A stretch of DNA of 64,000 nt from positions 256,001-320,000 of the forward strand of contig JBMNIW010000012.1 of assembly GCA_050951325.1 (NCBI GenBank). The letters are read 5' to 3'. Every line of letters starts with the position of its first letter. Positions within the stretch are counted from its first letter, which is position 1. Origin of the DNA: Clostridia bacterium (lineage in GTDB: Bacteria > Bacillota > Clostridia > UBA1212 > DUPL01). Both the position numbers and the translations under genes were made by a program. Below, in pieces: positions 50,125 to 59,522 of this stretch. Under the pieces are notes generated by a model. It was not told where the DNA came from. It worked only from the letters and a program-made list of their open reading frames with translations, and made no database searches.

Positions 50125-51006
50125 TTATTCTGCATCTGTGTTTATTGCTATGCCATCTTTGCGCGTATCTAGCACAAACAAATCTCCATATTTTCTATTC
50201 TGATACAGGTAACCGTCTCCCTGAGTATGTGTACCAGGAGCCCATAGTCTGATATAGGAGTGTTTATCACAAGCAATGACAGATGAAGGATGCACAAGTA
50301 TCATATTGATTTGCTTAGCGTCTGCTGCTGGCTTGAAGCCATCCGTAAAGTCGTAGGATGTCTTGAGCCTACCGCTGGGCACTTCCACTATATTCACGTT
50401 ATCCAAGCTTACAATTCTCCTATCAAGGCCACCAGCACTAGATACGTTGATTTGTCTCTGTACTGCATCAGCAGTTTTGAGTAGCTTATTAACGGATGGG
50501 GTCACATATAAAATTCTTCCGTCTACAGGAACCTCTTTATCCGTCATTTGCTCCATCCAATTATCAAAGACATCTAGAATATTAGACGCAGTTAATGCTG
50601 TAGTGTCCACCACTCCACCAAGGTCTACAAAATCAGCGTACAGCTTCGAGAACCTGTATACGTCCATCTCTGGAATGGCCTGCTCGGTAACAAAAGTATT
50701 TGTTATGTTTGCTGCAGCTACAACCTCATTTGACTCATCTACGTCCATGCTATCAACAAAGAACTCGATGTTTCTGTCAAAAGCCAGAGTCTTGGTCATC
50801 CATTTGTTCTCAACACTCTGCCTATTAAAACCACCTTGTCTACCGTGGTCCTTGTATCCCCCAACAATCACATAAGGTATTTTTATAGTGTTAGCGTTGA
50901 CAAACTGTATCCTTTCTGTGGTTAGACCACTTGAAAGGGCCTCTCTAGTGTATTTTTGCTTTAGTTCTCTTTCAAAAGTAGTTGCATAATTAATTACATT
51001 TTCCAT
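50125..51006 (-). CDS. Phage major capsid protein
   Basis: INYA..F, F.VD.MDVDE, IPEMD.YRFSKL, RILYVTP, VPS.R, QIN..LVHP, YLYQNR.Y.D.FV. Confidence 0.85.
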   Translation of the reverse strand: MENVINYATTFERELKQKYTREALSSGLTTERIQFVNANTIKIPYVIVGGYKDHGRQGGFNRQSVENKWMTKTLAFDRNIEFFVDSMDVDESNEVVAAANITNTFVTEQAIPEMDVYRFSKLYADFVDLGGVVDTTALTASNILDVFDNWMEQMTDKEVPVDGRILYVTPSVNKLLKTADAVQRQINVSSAGGLDRRIVSLDNVNIVEVPSGRLKTSYDFTDGFKPAADAKQINMILVHPSSVIACDKHSYIRLWAPGTHTQGDGYLYQNRKYGDLFVLDTRKDGIAINTDAE

Positions 51007-51028
51007 ATTTACTTATCCCCTTTGTCTG

Positions 51029-51632
51029 TTATTTTTTATTTCCGAATATCTCGGCAAGTACATCATTGGTGGCTGGCTCTTGATGTTTACCACCTGTAGC
51101 TCCAACCTTAAACCCTCCACCTTGCTTACTGCTGTCAGACTTCCATTCCGGATGTCTTTTAAGTACGGACTTCAAAGCATCCTTAATGTCTTCCTCGTCA
51201 ACTTCTCCGTCCTTCTCGGCTGTGCGTAAAGCCAAATACACCGCATCCTCCACAACATCAGGCCTTATCCCATTTCTGAACGCTTCCAGCTGTGCACGTG
51301 CCATAAGCAATTCTCTATTTAGGTTTTCAAGTTCGGGGGTTGTCTGTGTAGTCCCCTCATCGCCCTCATCAGGGTTTTGAGTGTTTGCTTGTTTCTGCTG
51401 TTGCCTTTGCTGTTTAGCTAACTTCCTGCGTTCCCTTTCAAGCCTTTTTTCTATAATGGCATCCAACTCTTCCTGAGTTTTAGGAAGGTTGTCGTGTGCA
51501 AGTGCTTCCAGGCTCTGTATTGGGGTCGGTATCCTGGTTAGTTTCTTGGCTCTTGTTAGGATCGTCTTCAGCGCCTTCACCATCAGCAAAAAGCTGTAAG
51601 TCAATTTTTAATGGTTCAAACTCTTTAAGCAT
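51029..51632 (-). CDS. Phage capsid scaffolding protein, frameshifted near 51500
   Basis: RBS AGGAGG then MLKEFEPLKIDLQLFA; a one-base shift joins it to KTQEELDAIIEKRLERER. Confidence 0.75.
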
Positions 51633-51710
51633 TATTGCTCCTCCTTTTATAGCCTGTCGGCTTAATAGTTGTACCATGCAGTTTTACGCCATCAGCACGT
51701 TTATAGGCAT

Positions 51711-51737
51711 TAAAAAAGCACCCTGTTAAGAGTGCTT
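51711..51737 (-). terminator. Intrinsic terminator after the putative immunity gene
   Basis: Minus strand AAGCACTCT-TAAC-AGGGTGCTT followed by TTTT. Confidence 0.7.
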
Positions 51738-51792
51738 GAAAGTAAACTAATTATTGTATATTGAGAACCTACAACTGTAGGTACGGTAAAAA

Positions 51793-52035
51793 CTACCCTA
51801 TAGCGACCATATACGGGCGAAACGTAAGCGACCCATTATCCATCAGCCTGTATAGATGGGGGAATAATCGCTTTGTATTAAACTCATTACAACCTTCGGA
51901 CAAGAACTCAATAAGGAAACGGTCATCCTTCTTTTCATACTTTATAATCCCATCACAAGTGTCGTTTTGCTCGAAACTATATCCGATTGTTACGAAATCC
52001 TCATTTTGTTCAAGTAACTTAACATACCAAATCAT
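51793..52035 (-). CDS. Small protein, putative immunity protein for the MuF-type toxin
   Basis: 80 aa, own RBS AAGGAG, 13 bp after the toxin stop, followed by a terminator. Confidence 0.55.
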   Translation of the reverse strand: MIWYVKLLEQNEDFVTIGYSFEQNDTCDGIIKYEKKDDRFLIEFLSEGCNEFNTKRLFPHLYRLMDNGSLTFRPYMVAIG

Positions 52036-52048
52036 ATATCTAATCTCC

Positions 52049-53470
52049 TTATTTTGGGTTTAATAATTCCGTATAGTTATATCTTTTATTCGCTCTATTA
52101 TGTGCTTCTTGATAGCTATAGCCCCGTAACATCAGGGCTCGTTCTGCAATTTCATGTTTGAGAAGCACTATATCGCTCTCTTGTATATTCTTACCGTCAA
52201 TTAGTCTTTGCCAAGACTGCGCTATGTGATAGTCAGCGTCAAAAAAGTCTAATTCATCTCTGCCCAAATCGTGTTTTTCCATAAACAAGTGACTTTTCAC
52301 TTTGCTTATATTTTTAGGTTTATATCCTGTGTTTTCAGCAATTCGCAAAGTGTCCGTTTTCATCCTTCTTACAGCTTCGTAATACCTATTTGCATGTTCT
52401 GCTGCCTTTTTAGAGTAAGGATCTAATGCGCCTGTTACACGTTTTCTGTCACTTAGTGTACCATCGTCTGTAGTTTTGTCAACACTTATGTCATAAACTC
52501 TTTCTCTCCAATAGTCTCTTCTTAGAACATCGCTATGCTTATTAACAAACTCTCTAAGCTCCTTTTGCTTAGCTTTTATCTGGTCTTGATATAGTTTTTC
52601 ATTCCCTGCTGATAAAGAGCCTGTATTAAGCCTTTTAAGCTTTCTGATTTCTCTCTCAAGCTTCCTTTGTTGCTGTTCCAGCTTGTAATTCTCGCCTGTT
52701 TTCTTAGGATCTAAGGCAGTAGGCAACTTACTAACGCCCTCTATCCAGGTAGTGTGTGAGTGTCTGCAGTTGGGATGATACAATCCGCCCTTAATTGCCA
52801 CAGACAGTAGTGGATACCATTTACCATTCTTGCGTTTCCCCATCTCTCCACTTCTTTCGCCCTCAAACACTCCCCAGACATCATCTATGTAAACCCTGCC
52901 TTGCCAAGGCAAACAGGTCTCAGAACAGGCTCCATATTGACTTACCAGGACTGTATCAATCCCCAATTCAGCCCGTTTTGCCGCTGCTCCGTTCAGATAG
53001 GACCTGGTAGCTGCAGTCCTTAGTGCCATTTGTACGTAATCGGCAATATTTACACGTCTGCCATCCTTATACTCGATACAGTTAATTCCTGCATTCAGAA
53101 AATCTCTTGTTGCCATATCAATAGCCTGTGGTAATGTGGTGGCTCCTGCAGACATTGCAACCTCAGCCTTATAAAGTGTTCGCCTATAGACGTCATCCAT
53201 GTATCTTAAGGCCGCTTTTTCTATGTTACTCTCTTTGGCTATTATCTCTTCGGTTAACTTGTCTACACGGTCCTTATTAACCCCAAAAAAGCTATCCTCT
53301 GTTACCGGGGGAGGAGGCTCATAATCTAATTCCTCAAGTTCATCCTCCGTATCCTGGTAACCTTCCTCAAATTGCTCCTTAAGCAGTTCTCGTATGTCCT
53401 TGCTTACTGTTCCGGTATAATGTCCCATGATCTGCCTGTTATCTTTGAAAAACCTACCAATTTCCCTTAA
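52049..53470 (-). CDS. Phage minor capsid (MuF-like) protein with C-terminal toxin-like domain; 5' end truncated
   Basis: Y..MALRTA, C..WQGRVY, GLYHPNCRH, QRKLEREIRK.K, RRDYWRE, then a ~130-aa extension. Frame opens at LREIGRF (53470) with no native start; first ATG at 53428. Confidence 0.8.
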   Translation of the reverse strand, partial: LREIGRFFKDNRQIMGHYTGTVSKDIRELLKEQFEEGYQDTEDELEELDYEPPPPVTEDSFFGVNKDRVDKLTEEIIAKESNIEKAALRYMDDVYRRTLYKAEVAMSAGATTLPQAIDMATRDFLNAGINCIEYKDGRRVNIADYVQMALRTAATRSYLNGAAAKRAELGIDTVLVSQYGACSETCLPWQGRVYIDDVWGVFEGERSGEMGKRKNGKWYPLLSVAIKGGLYHPNCRHSHTTWIEGVSKLPTALDPKKTGENYKLEQQQRKLEREIRKLKRLNTGSLSAGNEKLYQDQIKAKQKELREFVNKHSDVLRRDYWRERVYDISVDKTTDDGTLSDRKRVTGALDPYSKKAAEHANRYYEAVRRMKTDTLRIAENTGYKPKNISKVKSHLFMEKHDLGRDELDFFDADYHIAQSWQRLIDGKNIQESDIVLLKHEIAERALMLRGYSYQEAHNRANKRYNYTELLNPK

Positions 53471-53473
53471 CTA

Positions 53474-54098
53474 AAGTAGGGTGGGACTACATACCGAAAA
53501 ACCCAGCGGACCATGTAACTCCTCCTGAAGATGATAAGAGAACCATCAAATACTGGTTGCAAGAAGAAGCAGATAAATTCTAGTAGCTGCATTATTATGG
53601 GAGAATGTAGACCTTGATAAAGGGATATTATATGTAAAGTATAATATGGTGCAAAAGGGAGAGAGCTAGTTTTAGACGATACTAAAACAGAAAGTAGTGA
53701 GGGTGCAGTAGCTATGACAGGGACATTAGTTACAGAGCTGAAAAAATTAAAAGAGAAGCAAGAAGAGCTTTCTAAGGTGACAAGTATAAAGTATAAGTTC
53801 GTGTGTAGCTGGGAAAACGGAAGACCTCTAAGACCTTTGTACATCTAGCAAGTTTGTAAAAAGATACAAGCTACCTAAAATTACCTTCCATGGACTTAGG
53901 CATTTCCATGCTATATTACTGTATATCTCAGGAGCGTCAAGTAATGCCATCTCAAAGAGTTTAAGACCCTCTAGAGTGAGTTCTACGGATGATATTTATA
54001 TACACGTAACAGAAGAAATACAAAACAAAACGGCTTCTATCTTTAAGCAAGCATTAGAAACCGTTATCAAATCTAACGTTCAAAAAGAGGCAAACTAA
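53474..54098 (+). pseudogene. Tyrosine integrase relic
   Basis: Manual translation gives WDYIPKNPADHVTPP...WLQEEADKF*, FVCSWENGRPL, and ITFHGLRHFHA...LRPS...DIYIHV. Contains stops and frameshifts; LGH is decayed to LRP. Confidence 0.85.
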
Positions 54099-54110
54099 AG
54101 TAATTCATTA

Positions 54111-54128
54111 GGACGCTTTTTGGACGCT
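54111..54128. repeat. Direct repeat, probable integrase arm-type binding sites
   Basis: GGACGCT-TTTT-GGACGCT between the integrase stop and tRNA-Cys. Confidence 0.45.
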
Positions 54129-54176
54129 AGGAAAAATTTAGTTACCTCTTTAAGTCGCAAAAACCATTGTATTTGT

Positions 54177-54250
<74 letters not shown>

Positions 54251-54289
54251 AAATAAAAAAACAGATTTTTTGGATCTGTTTTAAAAAGA

Positions 54290-54364
54290 TGGAGCGGGTT
54301 ACGAGATTTGAACTCGCGACTTTCACCTTGGCAAGGTGACACTCTACCGCTGAGTTAAACCCGC
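54290..54364 (-). tRNA. tRNA-Gly(GCC)
   Basis: GCGGGTTTAACTCAGCGGTAGAG...TTGCCAA...CCCGCTCCA. Confidence 0.96.
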
Positions 54365-54367
54365 ACC

Positions 54368-54443
<76 letters not shown>

Positions 54444-54448
54444 AAAAA

Positions 54449-54525
54449 TGGCGACCCGGAAGGGACTCGAACCCTCGGCCTCTAGCGTGACAGGCTAGCG
54501 TTCTAACCAACTGAACTACCGGGCC
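54449..54525 (-). tRNA. tRNA-Asp(GTC)
   Basis: GGCCCGGTAGTTCAG...CTGTCAC...GGGTCGCCA. Confidence 0.96.
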
Positions 54526-54530
54526 ATAAG

Positions 54531-54606
54531 TGGTGGGAGTTATAGGACTTGAACCTATGACCCCCTGCTTGTAAGGCAGATGCTCTCCCAGCTGAGCTAA
54601 ACTCCC
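54531..54606 (-). tRNA. tRNA-Val(TAC)
   Basis: GGGAGTTTAGCTCAG...CTTACAA...CTCCCACCA. Confidence 0.96.
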
Positions 54607-54645
54607 ACTTGTACCAGTGCCGCTTAAATCTCAGCGACGCAATAC

Positions 54646-54674
54646 ATTATACTAAACATTTTCATGATTGTCAA
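54646..54674 (-). promoter_or_regulatory. Consensus sigma-A promoter of the tRNA operon
   Basis: TTGACA-17 nt-TATAAT on the minus strand. Confidence 0.85.
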
Positions 54675-54717
54675 CACTATTTTCTGAAAAAACCAAATAT
54701 TTTTTCACCAATTTTTT

Positions 54718-55581
54718 CTACTCCAGCTCGTCATTTATTTTCTTCAACTCATCAGTGTTAAAGTAATATGCGGTATTACAGAAATGACACTTAACTTCTG
54801 CACCTTCGTCATCCTCGATAATTTCAGCAAGTCCATCTTTGCCTAGACTTGCGATCACTCCAATTATTCTGTCCCTAGAGCAGTTGCAGGCATAGGATGT
54901 CTCAACTTCTTCAAGCCTTTCCATACTGAAACCCCTCATGAAATCGTTAAGAACATCATCAATAGTTGCACCAGCGTACAAAAGCTGTGACACTGGAGGA
55001 AAGGACATTGAACGTTTCTCCAGCTCGACTATTATCTCCTCATCCGTATTGGGTAGAGGTTGTATCATGAATCCTCCAGACGCAAGAACCTCGTTACCCT
55101 TTACCAACACGCCTAGAGAAATGAGTGATGGTATCTGCTCAGACACAGCAAGATAATAAGCTAGATCTTCGGCGATTTCGCCTGTAAGCAATGGCACGGA
55201 GCCCACATAGGGTTCCTTTAAACCAAAGTCTTTAACGACGGTTATGTTGCCTTTACCAATAGCTCCGCCTACATCCAGCTTACCGTCTTTAAGAGGCAAA
55301 GTGACATCGGGATTGATTACATAGCCACGAACCTTGCAGTCTGATGTCGTAACTGCTACAACTCCTCCCAAAGGCCCGTCACCTCTTATCTGCAATGTGA
55401 GAATATCATCCTTGTTTTTTAAATGTCTGGTTAATATTAATGCACCGGTCAAAGTCCGTCCAAACGCAGCTGTCGCCACATTGCTTGTACTATGAATTCT
55501 TGCAGCATTTTTCAACACCTCAAGAGAGTCAACTCCTACACATCGGACCTGACCGTTTGCACCTAGATAGTTTACCAACAT
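54718..55581 (-). CDS. hslO: Hsp33 redox-regulated chaperone
   Basis: GDGPLG, GEIAEDL.YY..SEQIPS, CNCS...CHFC. Confidence 0.95.
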   Translation of the reverse strand: MLVNYLGANGQVRCVGVDSLEVLKNAARIHSTSNVATAAFGRTLTGALILTRHLKNKDDILTLQIRGDGPLGGVVAVTTSDCKVRGYVINPDVTLPLKDGKLDVGGAIGKGNITVVKDFGLKEPYVGSVPLLTGEIAEDLAYYLAVSEQIPSLISLGVLVKGNEVLASGGFMIQPLPNTDEEIIVELEKRSMSFPPVSQLLYAGATIDDVLNDFMRGFSMERLEEVETSYACNCSRDRIIGVIASLGKDGLAEIIEDDEGAEVKCHFCNTAYYFNTDELKKINDELE

Positions 55582-55612
55582 TAATTATTCCACCTTAGTT
55601 CCAAAGGAAAAC

Positions 55613-55828
55613 TCAAACTCTTCTTACGTTTGCGGCTTGTGGGCCTTTGCTTCCCTCGACTATCTCAAATTGAACTTCCATGCCTTCTTCCAAAGTCTTA
55701 AAGCCATCCATTTCAATTGCCGAATAGTGGACAAAGACATCGTTTCCATTATCCTGCTCAATAAAGCCAAAGCCTTTGTCCGAATTAAACCATTTTACTT
55801 TACCAGTTTTTACTTTACCAGTTTCCAT
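55613..55828 (-). CDS. Cold-shock protein
   Basis: [30 protein letters not shown]. Confidence 0.95.
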   Translation of the reverse strand: METGKVKTGKVKWFNSDKGFGFIEQDNGNDVFVHYSAIEMDGFKTLEEGMEVQFEIVEGSKGPQAANVRRV

Positions 55829-56031
55829 ATTTCTAAATTCCTCCTGACTTAACTTTGCCCACATTACCAATATATATTTATATCAATATCGTAAGCAACA
55901 ATGTAAGTGTAACACGCAGGGAAATGTAAGTCAACCCACAAACCACTCAAGAATGCGTTAACCCTTACGTTTTTATTTGACCAAAAGCCTGATAAGCTTT
56001 TAGATAGTATACACGATATGTACATTTCTAA

Positions 56032-56799
56032 TCAAACTTTTTCTAGTATATAGTAACGCCTTGTATCTTCATTCGTTATGTTTGTCTTTTCAACAGACGA
56101 GTATACGTTCTTCAGCTTCAGCTTCGACTTCGTAATCGAGTCATATAGTTCCTCTTCAGTCCATGCTCTCTCCACAACCACATCGTCCAAACGCTGATAT
56201 ATGTCTTCTTCGGGATCCAAAAGCTTGTACAATGTAATATCGTATTCCATTATCCTGCTCTCTACATCATATTTTGATTCCCATATACAGCTTTCAAAGT
56301 CATCCGATTCACAATATACATTACTCCCTACAACATCCCTAAAATACCTCTCCGTAAGAATATCGAATATGAACATGCCGCCAACATCCAGGTATTTGCA
56401 TACTCTTTTAAAAAACCTGTCAAGCTTCTTCTTATCGGTAATATGATTAACTCCGTCAGTAATACAAACCATGCCAGAAACAGGACCATGCAGCTCAAGT
56501 TCGCTCATATCCTGACATATCCATAGTATACTGCTTCCACCTGTGACCTCGTATTCTGCATCTCTTGCGGCTTCCAGCATCTCATAGGATAAGTCGACAC
56601 CAATCATATCATACCCATACTTGAGAAGCTCCAACGCAAGGCTCCCTGTTCCACAGGCAAGGTCCACAACACAAGGAGAGTCCGTACCTTTAAACAGGCC
56701 GGACCCGGAAAACTGCTCATGGACAAATTCCGCCAGTTGCTTGTAGTTTATGTCTTTTGTAAATCTGTTGTAAAATTCTGCAAGGGAATCGTACATCAT
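56032..56799 (-). CDS. Class I SAM-dependent methyltransferase
   Basis: VVDLACGTG, GVDLS.EML, QDM. Confidence 0.9.
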   Translation of the reverse strand: MMYDSLAEFYNRFTKDINYKQLAEFVHEQFSGSGLFKGTDSPCVVDLACGTGSLALELLKYGYDMIGVDLSYEMLEAARDAEYEVTGGSSILWICQDMSELELHGPVSGMVCITDGVNHITDKKKLDRFFKRVCKYLDVGGMFIFDILTERYFRDVVGSNVYCESDDFESCIWESKYDVESRIMEYDITLYKLLDPEEDIYQRLDDVVVERAWTEEELYDSITKSKLKLKNVYSSVEKTNITNEDTRRYYILEKV

Positions 56800-58163
56800 A
56801 TCATCTTCTCTATTTCCATCAAAGCTCTTTGAAGCTGATCATCAAAATCAAAGGGCAGCTTGTCCGGCGATATATTCTTGTACTCTTCAGCAAGTTCAAC
56901 CTTGATATCAGGCTCAATGCCAATATCATGAATGCACTGACCTGAAGGTGTGAAATAACGGGCAACAGTCAAGACAATTCCACTTCCGTCTACCTCGTAT
57001 GTCTTGCTTACTTGACCCAAAGCCTTTCCATAAGACTTGACCCCTATAATCACACCCTTTTCAAAATCACGGAAAGCTCCAGCAACAAGCTCGGAGGCAC
57101 TGGCCGTGTTCTGATTAATAAGCATTACGATAGGTAAATCAAGTTCGCTCTTGTCAGACTTTATCTCCTTTATCTTCTTTCCGTTCCTGTCTTCTGAGTA
57201 TGCAATTACTCCCTCGGGCAGGATAACATCTGCAACAATTGAAGCTTGGGATTCAAATCCTCCTCCGTTGTTTCTCAAATCCAGTATAAGTCCCTTGGTA
57301 TCCTTTTTTAATATCTCATTTATTACATTCTCAAACTCCTTACCCGTATCATCATCAAACTGGGTAATCTGGATATATGCAATACCGTTATCATAATATT
57401 TTGTAAAAACCGTCTGCTTCTTTATAACCTCAACTTTTACATCGTATTGAACTGTTTTACCACCTGAAGTCACCACTGTAAGGATTACCTCATTACCTTC
57501 CTTCCCCAGAAGATTTGATCTTTCCTCACTGCTCATTTCAGTTGCAGCTTTACCATTAATATGAGTAATGACATCATCCTTTTTTATTCCCACTCTCCAT
57601 GATGGAGTATCCTCAAATACATTTGTTACCTTGAGTCCGTTTTCAACTTCCTGGACTTCGACTCCTATTCCCCTGTAGGTACCTGTTATGTAGTCATTGT
57701 AATCATCCATGCTACCAGGTTCAAAATAGTTGGAGTAAGGGTCTCCCAAAGCGTCAACAAGGCCTTTCAATGCACCTTCAAGCAGTTCGTTTTCATCATA
57801 CTCCAAGTAATAGTTCTTCCTTATGAAATTAAGCACATCCTGAAATTTTGCTACTTTTCTGTAATCAACAGTTCTATCAAATGAAACCTTATTGCTTTTT
57901 TCAGCAAAGTATCCGCCATAGAAAAGTCTGTCTGCAACAAAGAATGATAAAAATACGGTTATTACAATTATTATCGCTGCTGAGAAAAATAATGTGGAAG
58001 CGCTAAGTTTAAAATAATATTCCTTTTTAGGACTCTGAGTTTCGTTAATATCGTCTTCCCTGTATTCCAGAACATCAATTCCCTGATGTTCCTTCTTCTT
58101 CTTCATTATTCTTTTTATCTTTCTCGTTAACTTAGTATCCTTAAGATAAAACTTTTTACCCAT
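56796..58163 (-). CDS. ctpA: S41 carboxyl-terminal processing protease (PDZ)
   Basis: DPYS, GIG, LDLRNNGGG, TASASE, GK. Confidence 0.88.
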   Translation of the reverse strand: MGKKFYLKDTKLTRKIKRIMKKKKEHQGIDVLEYREDDINETQSPKKEYYFKLSASTLFFSAAIIIVITVFLSFFVADRLFYGGYFAEKSNKVSFDRTVDYRKVAKFQDVLNFIRKNYYLEYDENELLEGALKGLVDALGDPYSNYFEPGSMDDYNDYITGTYRGIGVEVQEVENGLKVTNVFEDTPSWRVGIKKDDVITHINGKAATEMSSEERSNLLGKEGNEVILTVVTSGGKTVQYDVKVEVIKKQTVFTKYYDNGIAYIQITQFDDDTGKEFENVINEILKKDTKGLILDLRNNGGGFESQASIVADVILPEGVIAYSEDRNGKKIKEIKSDKSELDLPIVMLINQNTASASELVAGAFRDFEKGVIIGVKSYGKALGQVSKTYEVDGSGIVLTVARYFTPSGQCIHDIGIEPDIKVELAEEYKNISPDKLPFDFDDQLQRALMEIEKMI

Positions 58164-58242
58164 TTTAACCTCTATCCTTCCAAAAAAAATAAGGTATACC
58201 ATACCTTGCAAGGGTAAAGTATACCTTAATAATCCAATAAAA

Positions 58243-59415
58243 TCAAGGAACCACAACGTAATTGAGCGGATTAACCGGTGTTCCATTAACTCTTACTTCG
58301 AAATGCAGATGGTTTCCTGTTGATGTTCCAGTCGTTCCTACTTTTGCAATAACCTGGCCACGTTCCACCTTGTCACCCGCTTTAGCGACCAGCTCTCTTG
58401 CATGGGCATACAGTGTTGAAATTCCACCACCGTGGTCTATAATTATGTACCATCCGTAACCGCTATCCCATGTGGCTCTGATTACTGTTCCGGAGTTGGC
58501 CGCCCGTATGTTCGAACCTCCCGGTGCCGGTATATCTATTCCATTATGCATTCGCCACACTTTATGTATCGGATGCAACCTGTTTCCAAAATACGATGAT
58601 ATGTACGTTCCCTTCTCCGCCGGCCAGAGCATTTTACCGCCAGCATACTTTATTTTCTTTGACTCTTCCTGCAGCTTCTTAAGTTCTTCTTCAAGTTGCT
58701 TTGATTTTGCTAGAAGTTTGTCTTCTTCTACAAGGAGCGATTCCAACTCTTTTCTGCTTTGTATGTACTGCATCTCAATGTTTTTATAATCCTCATCGAG
58801 CATCTGGAGAACCTTTTCCTTCTCCGCTAGCACCTCTTCCTTGTCCAGGCAAGCTATTTCATGCATTGATTTCTTGTGCTCAAGGTCTTTTTTCAAAGTG
58901 TCGACTTCTTCCATCAGAGCATAGTCATTTCTAAGAAGAGTGGCCATCATATAAACCCTGTTGATAAAATCAAGGATGTTTTTTGACTCCAGCAGCATCT
59001 GGAATATGGAATAGTCAGAATATTGGTACATGACCTTTACACGTTCATCAAACAAGGCACGCTTCTTGTCATACTCTTCCTGTGTTTGTCTTATGGTCTC
59101 TTCCATATTCAGTATCATATCATATGTATGCTCAATATCTTTAATAATGAGCTCTTTTTCAGACAAATTGTTCTGCTTCTGCTTTTCCAGTTCTGAAAGC
59201 TCAGCCTCTTTTGCATTGGCATTGTTTGCAGCATGTTTCTTTCTGTCTGCAATATTGCCCAATTTGTCATTAATGTCGTTCTTCTGGTTTTCCGTCTGTT
59301 TGATCTTTTGCTCGATTTCTTCAAGTGTTGCGGATTGTACGTTTAGACTGCAAGTAAATAACACCGCAGCAAGCAAAGCTATCGATATGATTCTTGTCAG
59401 CATCGTTTTCTTCAT
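58243..59415 (-). CDS. Coiled-coil M23 peptidase (FtsEX-associated murein hydrolase/activator)
   Basis: Signal peptide, long coiled coil, HNGIDI, YAH, HLHFEV. Confidence 0.9.
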   Translation of the reverse strand: MKKTMLTRIISIALLAAVLFTCSLNVQSATLEEIEQKIKQTENQKNDINDKLGNIADRKKHAANNANAKEAELSELEKQKQNNLSEKELIIKDIEHTYDMILNMEETIRQTQEEYDKKRALFDERVKVMYQYSDYSIFQMLLESKNILDFINRVYMMATLLRNDYALMEEVDTLKKDLEHKKSMHEIACLDKEEVLAEKEKVLQMLDEDYKNIEMQYIQSRKELESLLVEEDKLLAKSKQLEEELKKLQEESKKIKYAGGKMLWPAEKGTYISSYFGNRLHPIHKVWRMHNGIDIPAPGGSNIRAANSGTVIRATWDSGYGWYIIIDHGGGISTLYAHARELVAKAGDKVERGQVIAKVGTTGTSTGNHLHFEVRVNGTPVNPLNYVVVP

Positions 59416-59522
59416 TTGTAAAAACACTCCTTAGACAGATATGTATTTATTAACATTTTGTGAATGCTGGTAATCGTTCCGTTACATACTATCACAATCA
59501 TTCAGGTTGTGCAACACATTTT

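Larger units (their letters stand above)
48860..54176. mobile_element. Decayed prophage remnant adjacent to the 3' end of tRNA-Cys
   Basis: Head-module genes on the minus strand, integrase relic on the plus strand ending near tRNA-Cys; left boundary approximate. Confidence 0.85.

Noticed and set aside
51480-51520. Programmed frameshift in the scaffold gene
   Set aside because: No slippery heptamer is visible; decay or a sequencing indel is simpler.
53467-53844. 125-aa minus-strand ORF
   Set aside because: It is the antisense shadow of the integrase pseudogene.
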